A stretch of DNA of 64,000 bases from Myxococcales bacterium (GCA_047601445.1 JASGJH010000001.1:4768001-4832000), one strand, 5' to 3'. Shown: positions 18,322 through 28,771, numbered from the stretch's first letter. Made by a program: numbers and translations. Notes: generated by a model not told the origin, from the sequence alone.

Positions 18322-19818
18322 TCAGGCGCTCACTTGCCCGAGCAAGCGTTCCTCGTCCATGGCACAAGGTAGATCGACCTGGAACGTGCTGCCGGTGCGG
18401 CGGCTGTGCACGAGCCGTAGGTTGCCACCATGGGCCTCCGCGATGCCGTGGCTGATCGACAGCCCGAGCCCCGTACCGCCCGTGGAGCTCTTGGTGGTGA
18501 AGAAGGGATCGAAGATCTGGGCCGCCACTTCAGGCGCCACGCCATCGCCGTTGTCGTCCACCGCCACCGTGAGCCAGGGGCGACCGTCGCGCGTCTCCGT
18601 GTTCACCACGATCTGGATCGACTTCTCCTCGGTGCGCGTGGGGCAGCGCGCCGCGAGCGCGTCCCGCGCGTTGTTGATCAGGTTGAGCAGCACCTGCTGG
18701 AGCTGATACGGGCGACAACGCAGCACGGGCAGCTCCTTGGCCACGCTGACGCTCAGCAGGATGCCCTCCTGGCGCACCGCGTTCTGCGTCAGCGCAAGCG
18801 TGGCGCGCACGATCTCACCGAGGTCGGCCAGCTGCGACTCGGCCTCGTCCGCACGCCCGAAGCGCAACAGCCCGCGCGCGATGCGTGCCACGCGCTCGCC
18901 CTCGGCATCGAGCTTGTCGAGATACTCGCGCGCTCCTGGGTCCTCTTTGAGCGAGAGCCGAAGCAGACTGGAGTAGTTGAGAATGCCCTGGATGGGGTTG
19001 TTGATCTCGTGGGCCATGGCAGCCACCAGGCTGCCCAGACCGTCGAGCCGCTGCTTCTGCACCAACGTGGGCGAGAGCAGGAGCTTGCGACGCTGGTCCT
19101 CCAACACCTGCACGGTTTCCTTGAGCTCGAACAGCGCGCGCTGAAAGCGGCGGGTCAGAAAGCGGAAGCTGCCCAGCACCAGCCCCAGGAACCCGAAGTG
19201 CGAAAAGAGCAGGCCGTCGCGCAAATCGAGCAGGGTCGCCAGGTCGAGCAGGCTGCACAGCACGAAGGCCAGGCAGCCGCACACGATGGGCAAGAGGTCC
19301 TCGCGCTCGCGATACGAGCGCACCGCGTGCACCATGAACAGCGAGAGGGCGAGCATGGCGAACGCCATGGGTCCGGCACCGAGTGGCGTGATGCCCAGGG
19401 GCGTGTGCACGGAGCCCGCTGCGTGGGCGACCTCGCGCTCGAACACCAGACCGGGCCAGAACAGTAAGTCGCTCACTGCCAGGGCACCGAACACGGCGAC
19501 GACCCCGAGGTGCAATTGCTGGAAAGCGTGCAGAACGCGCGGAGCGCTCACCACCCCAAGACACAACTGACCAAACAAGTAGGTAAGACAAGGGACGAGC
19601 ATGCAGATCGCTTGTCCCCAGGGCGCAGCGCTCGGTCCATCTTCGCTTCCCATGTAGCGATAGGCGAGACCGCAGTAGAGCGCCTCCGAGATGGAGAGAG
19701 AAAACAGCCTCAAATACTGGCGATTTCTCGTCTGTACGGCCAGCGCTGCAGCCTGCAACGCGAGCGCGATGCAGGTGCCGGCAGAGAGTAAGAGGCTGGC
19801 AAAGTACAGCTCGCGCAT
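18322..19818 (-). CDS. Membrane-bound sensor histidine kinase (orphan)
   Basis: ~7 TM N-terminus; AHEINNP H-box, NLINNARDA N-box, DNGDG, FDPFFTTK, GTGLGL. Confidence 0.92.
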   Translation of the reverse strand: MRELYFASLLLSAGTCIALALQAAALAVQTRNRQYLRLFSLSISEALYCGLAYRYMGSEDGPSAAPWGQAICMLVPCLTYLFGQLCLGVVSAPRVLHAFQQLHLGVVAVFGALAVSDLLFWPGLVFEREVAHAAGSVHTPLGITPLGAGPMAFAMLALSLFMVHAVRSYREREDLLPIVCGCLAFVLCSLLDLATLLDLRDGLLFSHFGFLGLVLGSFRFLTRRFQRALFELKETVQVLEDQRRKLLLSPTLVQKQRLDGLGSLVAAMAHEINNPIQGILNYSSLLRLSLKEDPGAREYLDKLDAEGERVARIARGLLRFGRADEAESQLADLGEIVRATLALTQNAVRQEGILLSVSVAKELPVLRCRPYQLQQVLLNLINNARDALAARCPTRTEEKSIQIVVNTETRDGRPWLTVAVDDNGDGVAPEVAAQIFDPFFTTKSSTGGTGLGLSISHGIAEAHGGNLRLVHSRRTGSTFQVDLPCAMDEERLLGQVSA

Positions 19819-19975
19819 ACTCTGAGTGCCCCATCCTTATCACGGGATAGCACCGGCATGGCCAGACTGTTCGCGATCGAAGCCTGCGATTGCGCGATCT
19901 TACGCGAGATTTCCCATCGGCCGCCCAGCCAAGGTGCGCTATCGGAGCCGTCGCGCCGGGAGTTTCGAACAGCGT

Positions 19976-21373
19976 TTAGATGACACTGGGCTCACCGACC
20001 AGGTCGATGTTGCGCCAACGTCCCGACGCGAAGCGCAGGCTGAACGCCACCGAGAGCGCGCCCAAGTACACGACCATGGCGGCGATCACCGCGTGCACGC
20101 CGCCGCCGTACACGATCACCGCGGCCCAGCCGAGCGGGGTGAACACGAACCACGCGAGCATGATGCGCACCACCATGCACCAAGTGGTGTCCCCCGCACC
20201 GCGCAGGGCTTCGCCGAGCGTGAGGCCCAGGGCGTCGAAGAGCTGCCACACCGCGGAGAGCATGAGCATGGTGGCGCCGATGGCGGCGAGCTCGCCGGAA
20301 TCCGCGCCGCGCGGCACGAACAAGCCCATGAGCTGCTTGGAGAACAACAGATAGATCAAACCGATGGAGCCCATGAAACCGCAGGTGAGCTTGGCTGTGA
20401 GCTTCACGATCGGCGGGACCTCGTCGTGGGCGCGACGTCCGATGGCTTCGCCCACCAGGATGGCCCCCGCGGAAGACAGGCCGAAGGCGGGCATGAAGGA
20501 GATGGAGTTGATCTGAATCACCACGTTGAAGGCCGCCAGCACGGTGGTGCCGAGGTGGCCGACCACCAGGTTGATGAACAGCACGAAGGCCGAGAACTCG
20601 AGGAACCAATTGACCCCGTTCGGCACGCCGAAGCGCAACATGCGCAGGAACTCCGCACGACGAAAGGTGAAGGGCTCCTTCTTCGCAGCCTTGCGGCGGT
20701 CCCGCCAGAAGCGCAGGAGCAGCACGCAGAAGGCGCTCCAGGTGGCAAACGAGCTTACCCAGGCTGCACCCACGACACCGTAACCTGGCAAACCGAAGTG
20801 AGGCTGGATCAGGAGGTAGGCGCCGGCCACGTTGGTCACCATGGCGAACAGGCCGGCGAACATCGCGGGGCGAGTCTCGCCCAAACCTCCATACCAGTTG
20901 CCGAGCGCCTCCATGCCCACCGCGGGGGCAACCGAAGTGAGGCGGATCATCAGGTACTGACTCATTAACGAGTGCACCTGGGGCGTGTAGCCGAAGGACC
21001 GCAGCAAGCTCGGGATGAACGGTGTACACAGCAGCGCGAACAGGCCCGCCGCGGCAGCCAGCATGAGGCCGTAGTACGCGTAGCGGTCGACCGCAGCGAG
21101 ATCACCCCGACCTCGGAGCTGGGCCGCGAAGCTCTGCACGATGAACGCGGTGCCCATGGGCAAGATGATGAAAGCCATGGTGTTGAGCGCGCTGGTGGTG
21201 ACCGCGGCGAGCGCGTCCTCTCCGAGCGGGGCCACCAAGAAGGCGTCGGAGAAGCCGATCACCGACTGCGTCGCGCGCGCGATGACCACGGGCCAGGCCA
21301 GGGTGAGCAAGGTACGCAGCGGGGAGCTCTTGGGCGATGCTTGTTCGATGGCAGACGGTGATTCAGCAAACAT
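19976..21373 (-). CDS. MATE-family efflux transporter
   Basis: LAWPVVI, ~12 TMs, ALRGAGDT motif. ATG at 21373 chosen. Confidence 0.9.
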   Translation of the reverse strand: MFAESPSAIEQASPKSSPLRTLLTLAWPVVIARATQSVIGFSDAFLVAPLGEDALAAVTTSALNTMAFIILPMGTAFIVQSFAAQLRGRGDLAAVDRYAYYGLMLAAAAGLFALLCTPFIPSLLRSFGYTPQVHSLMSQYLMIRLTSVAPAVGMEALGNWYGGLGETRPAMFAGLFAMVTNVAGAYLLIQPHFGLPGYGVVGAAWVSSFATWSAFCVLLLRFWRDRRKAAKKEPFTFRRAEFLRMLRFGVPNGVNWFLEFSAFVLFINLVVGHLGTTVLAAFNVVIQINSISFMPAFGLSSAGAILVGEAIGRRAHDEVPPIVKLTAKLTCGFMGSIGLIYLLFSKQLMGLFVPRGADSGELAAIGATMLMLSAVWQLFDALGLTLGEALRGAGDTTWCMVVRIMLAWFVFTPLGWAAVIVYGGGVHAVIAAMVVYLGALSVAFSLRFASGRWRNIDLVGEPSVI

Positions 21374-21641
21374 AAAGCAGCCCGCAATGTAGCGGCGTGC
21401 GCGCGCCGGTCGAGTTTTGGTGAGGCACCGCGCTGATGGCACGGCATCGCGACGAGCCTCTCGGATGCGTTCGACATGCACGCGAGTGCGCTTCGCGATC
21501 GCGACGCAGCCTCGCTTGCGCCCTTCCATATGGGTCGCGACCACGCCTGGATTCGTCACGTAAATCGCGGTTTTTCTGGGACCGTCGTGTCGGCCCTGTT
21601 TCATTTGCTCCGGCCGTTAAAGATCCGTTGCCGATCACAAT

Positions 21642-22940
21642 GTGTTTCGTGCGATCGTTCGGCTCGTGCATCCGCACGCGCACAAACCGCAGCTCGCGAA
21701 CGCCAAAACGCTGGGGCAACCCTGGCACGGTCCAGCAACCGCTTTGGCCAACGTCGTGGCGTTTCTGCAGCCCGTGGTTTCGGTGCGGCAGCAAGAAGTG
21801 CGGCTCGTGGAAGCGCTGGCGCGCGGCGTCGACCCGGACGGGCGCACGCGTTCGCCCGCCGAACTCTTCGCCGAAGCCGCACGGGGTGACTACTCACGGG
21901 AGCTCGAGCGTACGTGCCGCAAGGCCGCCTTCGCCGCCTACCGGAGTTTGCCCATCGCACAGCGCCCCATCCTCTCGCTCAACACCGACACCGCGCTCAT
22001 TCTCGAGGGCGAGCGCGGAGCGGAGCGGGTGGCGAGCGAGGCGACCGAAGCGGGCGTGGATCCGGCCAGCGTGGCCCTCGAGATCCTCGAGTATGCCCAG
22101 CCCGATTCGATGCAGCTCGAGGCATTCTGCAAGCGCGCACGTCAGCTCGGCTTCTTGCTCGCGCTCGACGACGTGGGCACCGGCCATTCGAACCTCGAGC
22201 GCATCCCGCGCCTCGAGCCAGACATCCTGAAGATCGACCGCGTGCTCGTGCACGGCATGAGCGAGAGCTACCACCGGCGCGAGGTCTTCCGCTCGCTGCT
22301 CGCGCTCTCGTTCCAGATCGGCGCACTGGCCATCGCCGAGGGCGTGGAAGACGAACAAGACGTGCTCGCCGCGCTGTCGTTGGGCTGCGACTACTTCCAG
22401 GGTTACTACTTCGGCAGGCCGCGCGACGTGCGCGGTGCGAGCGCCCAAGCCATGGCGGACCGCAGCACGCTGCAGCAGGTGGGCGAGGAGTTCCGCACCG
22501 GAGCCCAACGCAGGGTGGGCGAGCGTCGCGCGCAGCAACGGCGCTGCGAGAAGGCCATTCGAGAGCTCTCGAGCACGCTGCGCGGCGTGGACCCCGAGTC
22601 CTCCTTCGAGTCCGCGCTGCACCAGGCACTCGACGCGCTGCCATTCGTGGAAGCGCTCTACGTACTCGACGCGCGCGGCGTGCAAATCACCGACACCGTG
22701 CAGCGTGCCACCGGCCACCCGCGCGGCCTGTTCGCGCCCGCTCCGCGCGGCACCGATCAGTCGCTCAAGCAGTACTACTTGATGCTCGAGGCAGGCCTCG
22801 ATCGCTACACCTCGGATCCGTACATCTCGAGCGCCTCGGGCAACTTCTGCATCACCATGAGCCGCTATTTCCGCGACGCGCTGGGGCAGAGCTACGTGCT
22901 CTGCTGTGATCTGATGGTCTCGCGCGAATCCGGTCGCTGA
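21642..22940 (+). CDS. EAL c-di-GMP phosphodiesterase-domain protein with a YkuI-like C-terminal domain
   Basis: QPVV, EALAR, LDDVGTG, KIDR, AEGVE, QGYYFGRP; C-terminal SDPYISSASGNFCITMS. Start uncertain. Confidence 0.88.
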   Translation: MFRAIVRLVHPHAHKPQLANAKTLGQPWHGPATALANVVAFLQPVVSVRQQEVRLVEALARGVDPDGRTRSPAELFAEAARGDYSRELERTCRKAAFAAYRSLPIAQRPILSLNTDTALILEGERGAERVASEATEAGVDPASVALEILEYAQPDSMQLEAFCKRARQLGFLLALDDVGTGHSNLERIPRLEPDILKIDRVLVHGMSESYHRREVFRSLLALSFQIGALAIAEGVEDEQDVLAALSLGCDYFQGYYFGRPRDVRGASAQAMADRSTLQQVGEEFRTGAQRRVGERRAQQRRCEKAIRELSSTLRGVDPESSFESALHQALDALPFVEALYVLDARGVQITDTVQRATGHPRGLFAPAPRGTDQSLKQYYLMLEAGLDRYTSDPYISSASGNFCITMSRYFRDALGQSYVLCCDLMVSRESGR

Positions 22941-23120
22941 CGAGCGCCTCGCACGTTCGCACTGCTCTCCGGCGCTCGCCATCGCACGGAGCCCGCACCG
23001 TCGCGCCCCCGATTGGCCGCTGAACTCCACGCGCAACGCCGAGCGCGAGTGCTTGGCGCGCCTCTAGCACGGTCTCCTGGGAACGAAGCGCCCCTGCCGG
23101 GGGCCCTGCCGGGAGGAACC

Positions 23121-24551
23121 ATGAAGCAGCTCTCACGGACCGCGCGAGCGGCCACCCTAATGTGCTCTCTGACGGGCGCGCTGGCGCTCGTTGCGCCGGC
23201 GAGCCAGGCGCAGCCCACGAGCGCCGCACCAGCCTACACGGAAGCCGCCCAGATCGCGGAGGACGCTTATATCTACGGGTATCCGCTGGTGCTGATGGAT
23301 CTCACGCGGAAGCAGACGCTCGCGAACGCCAACCTGAAGCCCAACCAATTCTCTCACTCGAATCGCCTCGCCACATCCGCCGACCGCACCGTGGTGCGAC
23401 CCAACGTGGACACCCTCTACTCGACGGCCTGGCTCGATCTCTCCAAGGGCGCGGTGGTGCTGCAGGTGCCCGCCACCCAGCGCTACTACGTGATGCAGAT
23501 GCTCGACGCCTACACCAACGTGTTCGCGGCGCCGGGAGCGCGCACCACGGGCACGGGAGCGAATCAATTCCTGATCGCTGGTCCCAACTTCAAGGGACCC
23601 GTCCCCGACAGAATGACGCGCATCGACGCGCCCACCGATATGGTCTGGTTGCTCGGTCGACTGCAGGTCAATGGGCCGCACGACGTGCCGGCCGCCACCG
23701 AGGTCCAACTTCAGTTCAGCCTGCGTGATGCCAACCAGCCGGTGCCGTTTCCGCAGCGCAGTAGCGGGGAGGCGCTCGGAGGTGGCAACGCCAAGGGGCA
23801 GACCCCGCCCGAGCTGGTCGCCCGCATGGACACGCAGACCTATTTCGATCGCCTGGCCGCGCTGCTGAAGGCCAACCCTCCGCCGCAGGCCGATGCCCCT
23901 GCCCTCGCGCACTTCGCGACGATTGGGCTGAAGCCGGGGCAGACCTTCAGTCCGAGCGCCGAACAGCGCACCGCCGTAACGGCCGCCTTACCCCGCGCGC
24001 GCAAGCGCCTGGTGGAGTCTGCGACCCGCATCGCCGAGCCAGTCAACGGCTGGCAGGTGGTGCGCAGCGAGATCGGCACCTATGGCACCAACTACGATCG
24101 ACGCGCCGCGGTCGCCGTATACGGCCTGGGCGCGAACCTCCCGGAGGATGCGGTCTACCCCGGCACGCATGTGGACGGGCAGAACCAGACGCTCACCGGA
24201 AAGCGGCGTTACACCGTGCGCTTCAACACGGGCAAGCAGCCCCCCGCCAAGGCCTTCTGGTCCCTGACCCTGTACGACAAGGACGGCTACCTGGTGCAGA
24301 ACTCGATCAATCGCTACGCGTTGGGCGATCGGGACAAGCTGCTGGTCAACCCCGATGGCTCGGTAGACATCTTGATTCAGCACGAGCCCACGAGCGCCGA
24401 GCGCACCTCCAACTGGCTGCCAGCTCCAGACGGGGAGTTCAGCCTGCTCATGCGCATCTACAGCCCCAAGCCCGAGGTGCTCAACGGACAGTGGATGCCA
24501 CCGCCGGTGCGCCCCGCGGAGATCCCGCTGCGGCCCGCTGCAGCGCGCTGA
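23121..24551 (+). CDS. DUF1254/DUF1214 secreted protein
   Basis: YIYGYPLV, RPNVDTLYSTAWLDL, FWSLTLYD, NWLPAP. GGAGG precedes the ATG at 23121. Confidence 0.9.
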   Translation: MKQLSRTARAATLMCSLTGALALVAPASQAQPTSAAPAYTEAAQIAEDAYIYGYPLVLMDLTRKQTLANANLKPNQFSHSNRLATSADRTVVRPNVDTLYSTAWLDLSKGAVVLQVPATQRYYVMQMLDAYTNVFAAPGARTTGTGANQFLIAGPNFKGPVPDRMTRIDAPTDMVWLLGRLQVNGPHDVPAATEVQLQFSLRDANQPVPFPQRSSGEALGGGNAKGQTPPELVARMDTQTYFDRLAALLKANPPPQADAPALAHFATIGLKPGQTFSPSAEQRTAVTAALPRARKRLVESATRIAEPVNGWQVVRSEIGTYGTNYDRRAAVAVYGLGANLPEDAVYPGTHVDGQNQTLTGKRRYTVRFNTGKQPPAKAFWSLTLYDKDGYLVQNSINRYALGDRDKLLVNPDGSVDILIQHEPTSAERTSNWLPAPDGEFSLLMRIYSPKPEVLNGQWMPPPVRPAEIPLRPAAAR

Positions 24552-24591
24552 TCGGGTTGTTGAAGCGGGAGCGGGGTGATACTGCGGGCGC

Positions 24592-25053
24592 ATGAACAAG
24601 CCGGATGCCCAGGCAATCCAAGATTTTCTGTTCAATCTGACGAAGAAAGCCGACGGCACGCCCCGTTTCCTGGTCGAAGAGCTGAGCGCTGATTACGCCC
24701 GCGTGCGCATGCCCGCCCGCAGCAGCCATCTGCGCCCCGGCGACACGGTGAGTGGTCCCGTGCAAATGACACTCGCCGACACCGCGAGCTGGGCCCAGAT
24801 CCTCCACAACCTGGGCTTCGACGCCGCGCCCTCGGTGACCAGCAACCTCAACATCAGCTTCCTGAGTCGCCCGATGGCGGGCGATCTGATCGCCGAAGCG
24901 CGCCTGCTCAAGTTGGGTCGACGCCTGGCGGTCTCCGAGGTGCGGCTGTTCAGCGAAGGGCGCGACAAGCCGGTGGCGCATGCGACGGTGACCTACGCAG
25001 TGCAACTGGCTTCCGAGCTGGCCAAGCAAAAAGCGGAGCCCAAGGCGCCGTGA
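24592..25053 (+). CDS. PaaI-family hotdog thioesterase
   Basis: HLRPGDTVSGPVQMTLAD, VTSNLNISFL, KLGRRLAV. Confidence 0.88.
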   Translation: MNKPDAQAIQDFLFNLTKKADGTPRFLVEELSADYARVRMPARSSHLRPGDTVSGPVQMTLADTASWAQILHNLGFDAAPSVTSNLNISFLSRPMAGDLIAEARLLKLGRRLAVSEVRLFSEGRDKPVAHATVTYAVQLASELAKQKAEPKAP

Positions 25054-25751
25054 CCTGCGACAAGCCCACCATCGTCTTGTTCGACATCGACGGTACGCTC
25101 TTGCTCACGGGCGGCGCCGGCAGGCGCGCCTTCGAGCGCTCGTTTCGCAGCGTGATCGGGCGCGCCGAATCGCTGGCCGGCTTCTCCTTTGGGGGCATGA
25201 CCGACCGCGCCATCGCGCGCATGGGCCTCGAAACCGCTGGCCTCAGCGCCGACGATGAGCGCATCGAGGCACTGCTCGACGCCTACGTGATGGCGCTCGA
25301 AGACGAACTCGCGCAACGCCCCAACTACCGCATCATGCCTCACGCGCGCGAGGTCGTGAGCGCAGCGCGCGAACACCCGCACGTGGCGGTCGGACTCGGC
25401 ACGGGCAACCTCAAGCGTGGCGCCGAGGCCAAGCTCCGCCACGGCGGGCTCTGGGAGCTGTTCGACTTCGGCGGCTTCGGCTGCGACCACGAGAACCGCA
25501 CCGAGCTCCTACGCACCGGCGCGCTGCGCGGCGCCGAGAAGCTAGGTCAGCCGCTGTCGCACTGTCGCATCGTGGTGGTCGGAGACACGGTGCGCGACGT
25601 GGTCGCGGCGCACGGCATCCTGGCCGATTGCGTGGGCGTCGAGACCGGCGGCATCTCGGCCCAGGAACTGCGTGCCGCGGGTGCGCACGCCGTGTTCCCG
25701 GACCTCTCGGCCGCGGGCGTACTCGAGGCTATTTTGCAGGGTGGTTTTTGA
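25050..25751 (+). CDS. HAD-superfamily hydrolase
   Basis: FDIDGTL motif I, TGN, VGDTVRD. Confidence 0.9.
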   Translation: MTCDKPTIVLFDIDGTLLLTGGAGRRAFERSFRSVIGRAESLAGFSFGGMTDRAIARMGLETAGLSADDERIEALLDAYVMALEDELAQRPNYRIMPHAREVVSAAREHPHVAVGLGTGNLKRGAEAKLRHGGLWELFDFGGFGCDHENRTELLRTGALRGAEKLGQPLSHCRIVVVGDTVRDVVAAHGILADCVGVETGGISAQELRAAGAHAVFPDLSAAGVLEAILQGGF

Positions 25752-27150
25752 CCCAGTCCACGATGGCGCGCGCCTTCGGATTCTGACTGAGCGCACCGCC
25801 CGTCTTCTCCTTGGCGCCCCAGGCACCGCTCGAGGACCAGCTGCCACTGTTCGCGTAGTGGGTGGTCATGGCGTAGAGCTTGGCGGACGCGTCGAGCCAT
25901 TCCTTGTACAGGTCGTAGGCCACTTGGTTGCGCGAGAAGGCGTCGGCGCCCTGCAACAGGTGTTGCCCGCCTTCGTAGCTGATCAGCTTCATGCTGGTCT
26001 TCGAGATCAGGTTCTTCTGAGACGTGGCCCAGGTGACCATGTCCGTGAGCGCCTTGCGGAACTGGGCGGCCACGTCCGCGGCGTTGCCGTTCACGCTGCC
26101 GTCGGCGCCCACATAGTTGGAGATCGCGTAATAGTCCGGCGTGCGCGAGCCGAAGTTCACGTTCGGATCCGCCAGCGCCTCCAGCTGCATCTGGGTGCCG
26201 TAATCGCTGCCGAGCTGGCCCGAGACGACCCAGCGCACGCGCGCGATCTCGCTGCCGTAGACCTTCACGAAGGCGTCGTACATGCGCGACGAGGCGTAGA
26301 CGTGGAACTTGAAGGATGCGCCGTAGCTGTCGTCGGCGAGCATCATCTGGGTGCCGCGGTTCTGACAATAGGTGGACTGTCCGAAGCCGGGGTTCCAGGT
26401 CTCGTTCGAGTACTCCACGTACAGCGTGAGGCCGGGATCGAGCTTCTCCTTGGCCAACTTGGCGAGCGAGGTGAAGAAGTTGTCGTCGGCGTTGGCCTCG
26501 TAGCTCTCGATGGCGAGGTGGGGCACCGTGATCCAGCAGTCCTTCTGCATGCGATTGCAGAGATCGAACATCCACTCGTAGGCGATGCCGCGCCCGCCCA
26601 CGTCGCCGCCGTTGCTGTTGCCGGTGGCCGACTGCTGCGTACGATCGGCCCAATTACGGATGGAGGAGTTGTTGGTGCCGCCGAAGTCCATGAAGCGGTA
26701 CACGGAGTAGTCCGCCTCCTCGAGGTCGCTCAAGAACGCCGGGTTCCACGGGTTCATGCTGGTGGCGAAGTTCACGCCCGAAGACCAGGCCTCCTCGGCC
26801 CAGCCGGCGCTCAGGAACCAGAAGTTGGTCCCCACGCGCATGCCGCTCCAGCTCTGCGCGGGCTTCGTGCCGGTGACTGGCGTGGAAGGTGTGCTCGGAC
26901 TGCCCGGGTTTGCCGGCTGGTCCGGCGCTCCGGAGTCGGCGCTCGCGCCGGGGGGCAGCTCTTCGTGATCCGCTCCCGCATCGCCCGCGAGGGGGCCGTC
27001 GGCATCGCCGCCAGACAGGTCGTCACCGGAGTCGGGCGTCTCTTCGATCTGGTTCAGGTGTTGATCGATCGGCGAGCCATCACTGCCGCAAGCACCGAGC
27101 AGAAGGATCGCAAAGAAAGGCATGAGACGGGCAGAGCTGAGGGCTCGCAT
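25729..27150 (-). CDS. Lipoprotein with a putative glycoside-hydrolase-like TIM-barrel domain
   Basis: LGAC lipobox, D/P-rich linker; RFMDF, YVEYSNETWN and SYEGGQH motifs resemble a clan-A-like catalytic pair. Confidence 0.7.
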   Translation of the reverse strand: MRALSSARLMPFFAILLLGACGSDGSPIDQHLNQIEETPDSGDDLSGGDADGPLAGDAGADHEELPPGASADSGAPDQPANPGSPSTPSTPVTGTKPAQSWSGMRVGTNFWFLSAGWAEEAWSSGVNFATSMNPWNPAFLSDLEEADYSVYRFMDFGGTNNSSIRNWADRTQQSATGNSNGGDVGGRGIAYEWMFDLCNRMQKDCWITVPHLAIESYEANADDNFFTSLAKLAKEKLDPGLTLYVEYSNETWNPGFGQSTYCQNRGTQMMLADDSYGASFKFHVYASSRMYDAFVKVYGSEIARVRWVVSGQLGSDYGTQMQLEALADPNVNFGSRTPDYYAISNYVGADGSVNGNAADVAAQFRKALTDMVTWATSQKNLISKTSMKLISYEGGQHLLQGADAFSRNQVAYDLYKEWLDASAKLYAMTTHYANSGSWSSSGAWGAKEKTGGALSQNPKARAIVDWVKNHPAK

Positions 27151-27480
27151 TCCGTGGACTCCTGGTTTCTGGAAAAGGGAAATCGCGGCGTCTGGGGCCG
27201 ACCTGCGGCACCGCGTCCGCCACAACGCGAGCTCCGTTCCTAGCAACCACGACTCGCGCGCTGCTCGTCGAAAGCCGTGTCGACGGGCAATTGAACGCAG
27301 CCTGGTCAGCTGCGCTCCTCGCTATCGGCTACGCACGTGACGCGATCGCGGGCGCGCAGAACGCCAGCACACGCTCGCTCTGTGGCAGCTCGAACCGGTG
27401 TCGAGGGGCCGCGCACATGTCTTGAATTCAGGCCAAAACCGTCGCAAGTTCAGCGCATGGTTCGCAGGCCGCGGCACACC

Positions 27481-27678
27481 ATGCCACACGACCTTCCCGA
27501 CGTGCGGGACGGCCTCACACGCCTCGAGCGCGCGGTGCTGGTGGAGCTCGCTCGCGCCCGCGAAGAATACGGCGAGCGACATGTGCCCAGCGCGCTCTTG
27601 TACGGACGCGTGGTGGAGCACGTCGACGTGAGCGTCGAGGAGTTCCAGCGCGTGCTGCGCAGGCTAGCTGGAGGCTGA
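27481..27678 (+). CDS. 65-aa protein resembling the GyrA/ParC N-terminal segment
   Basis: LPDVRDGL motif followed by helical segments; clean start and stop. Confidence 0.6.
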   Translation: MPHDLPDVRDGLTRLERAVLVELARAREEYGERHVPSALLYGRVVEHVDVSVEEFQRVLRRLAGG

Positions 27679-27695
27679 CCGAGTCAGGCGTCCGT

Positions 27696-28529
27696 TTACT
27701 CGAAAGCGATATCCCGGAAGTCGCTGATCGGTTCGTAGCCGATGCGCGGATAGATGTGGTTCGAGATCGGGTTGGCGAGATCGGTGAACAGACACGCCTG
27801 CCGCTTGCCGGCGTCGAGCACGTACTGGCTGAGCGCAGACACCAGCGCGGTGGCATAGCCCTCGCCGCGCCGTTCAGGGGGCGTGTAGACGGGACCGATG
27901 GATGCGCTGGTGGCGAGCTCTCGCCCGACCGCCGCCAGGCACACGGGGCCGCCGTGATCCCAGACGAACACGCGCCCGGCATCGAGTGCGCGGCGTGCGA
28001 TGCCCACCGGGTCGACTGGATCGCGCGGGATCGCTTCGCGATGGAAGGCCCGGAACCAGTGGGTCACGAGGCTGGCATCGCGCGGCTTGGCCAGGCGCAT
28101 CACCCCGGGCACGCTGGGGCGGAACTTGACGCGCTTGAGGGAGAAAAGCCGCAGGTCGAGCTCGTTGCGGGAGCGGACGCACTGACGACGCGCCCAGGCC
28201 TCGGCAAACGCCGACGCGCTGGCGGCGGGACCGTGCACGGCCGGAAATTGCGCCTGCACCTGCGCCAGGAATTCGGCCAGGGCTTCGGCGGACTCGCGAT
28301 CGAGCTCCGAGATCACCAAGTTTCGTGGGGGAGTCTGAAGCGCGCAGCCGCGGATTTCCCCGTAACATCGAATCACCGCGAACCAGGCGCTCGGGCAGAC
28401 CTGGGGCTCGTGGATCAGTAGCTGGGTGACCCCCAGCTTCAGGCCACAGGTGAGCTCGCGATCCGCCAGGAAGCCCTGGGCCGTCGCGAGAAAATCCCGC
28501 GCATTCGACAGGCGCTCCACGCTGCGCAT
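27696..28529 (-). CDS. GNAT-family acetyltransferase
   Basis: IGPVYTPPERRGEGYA, LFTDLANPISNHIYPRIGY. Confidence 0.9.
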   Translation of the reverse strand: MRSVERLSNARDFLATAQGFLADRELTCGLKLGVTQLLIHEPQVCPSAWFAVIRCYGEIRGCALQTPPRNLVISELDRESAEALAEFLAQVQAQFPAVHGPAASASAFAEAWARRQCVRSRNELDLRLFSLKRVKFRPSVPGVMRLAKPRDASLVTHWFRAFHREAIPRDPVDPVGIARRALDAGRVFVWDHGGPVCLAAVGRELATSASIGPVYTPPERRGEGYATALVSALSQYVLDAGKRQACLFTDLANPISNHIYPRIGYEPISDFRDIAFE

Positions 28530-28658
28530 TCCAACCGCTTATCGCCGCTCGGTCCTGGCCGTCAAGGTCACTCCCCGGAACCCTCCTGGTCACGGCCGTG
28601 GGGCCCGTGATCGGACCTGGCGCGCGGCGTCCCCATCCAGGCTCAGGTCGAACTCGGT

Positions 28659-28771
28659 CACTGAGTCTGAGCTCACTGATAGTGAATGATCTTTCAGTGG
28701 GATTTTTTGGCGTCGTTTCGCTGTTTTGGACAGCGTTCAGACTTGCTTGTCAAAGCGCATCTGACTACACC
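28659..28771 (+). promoter_or_regulatory. Candidate promoter/operator of the sterol cassette
   Basis: AT-enriched segment. CACTGA at 28659 and 28674, inverted TCAGTG at 28694; TTGCTT-17 nt-TACACC at 28743-28771. Confidence 0.3.
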
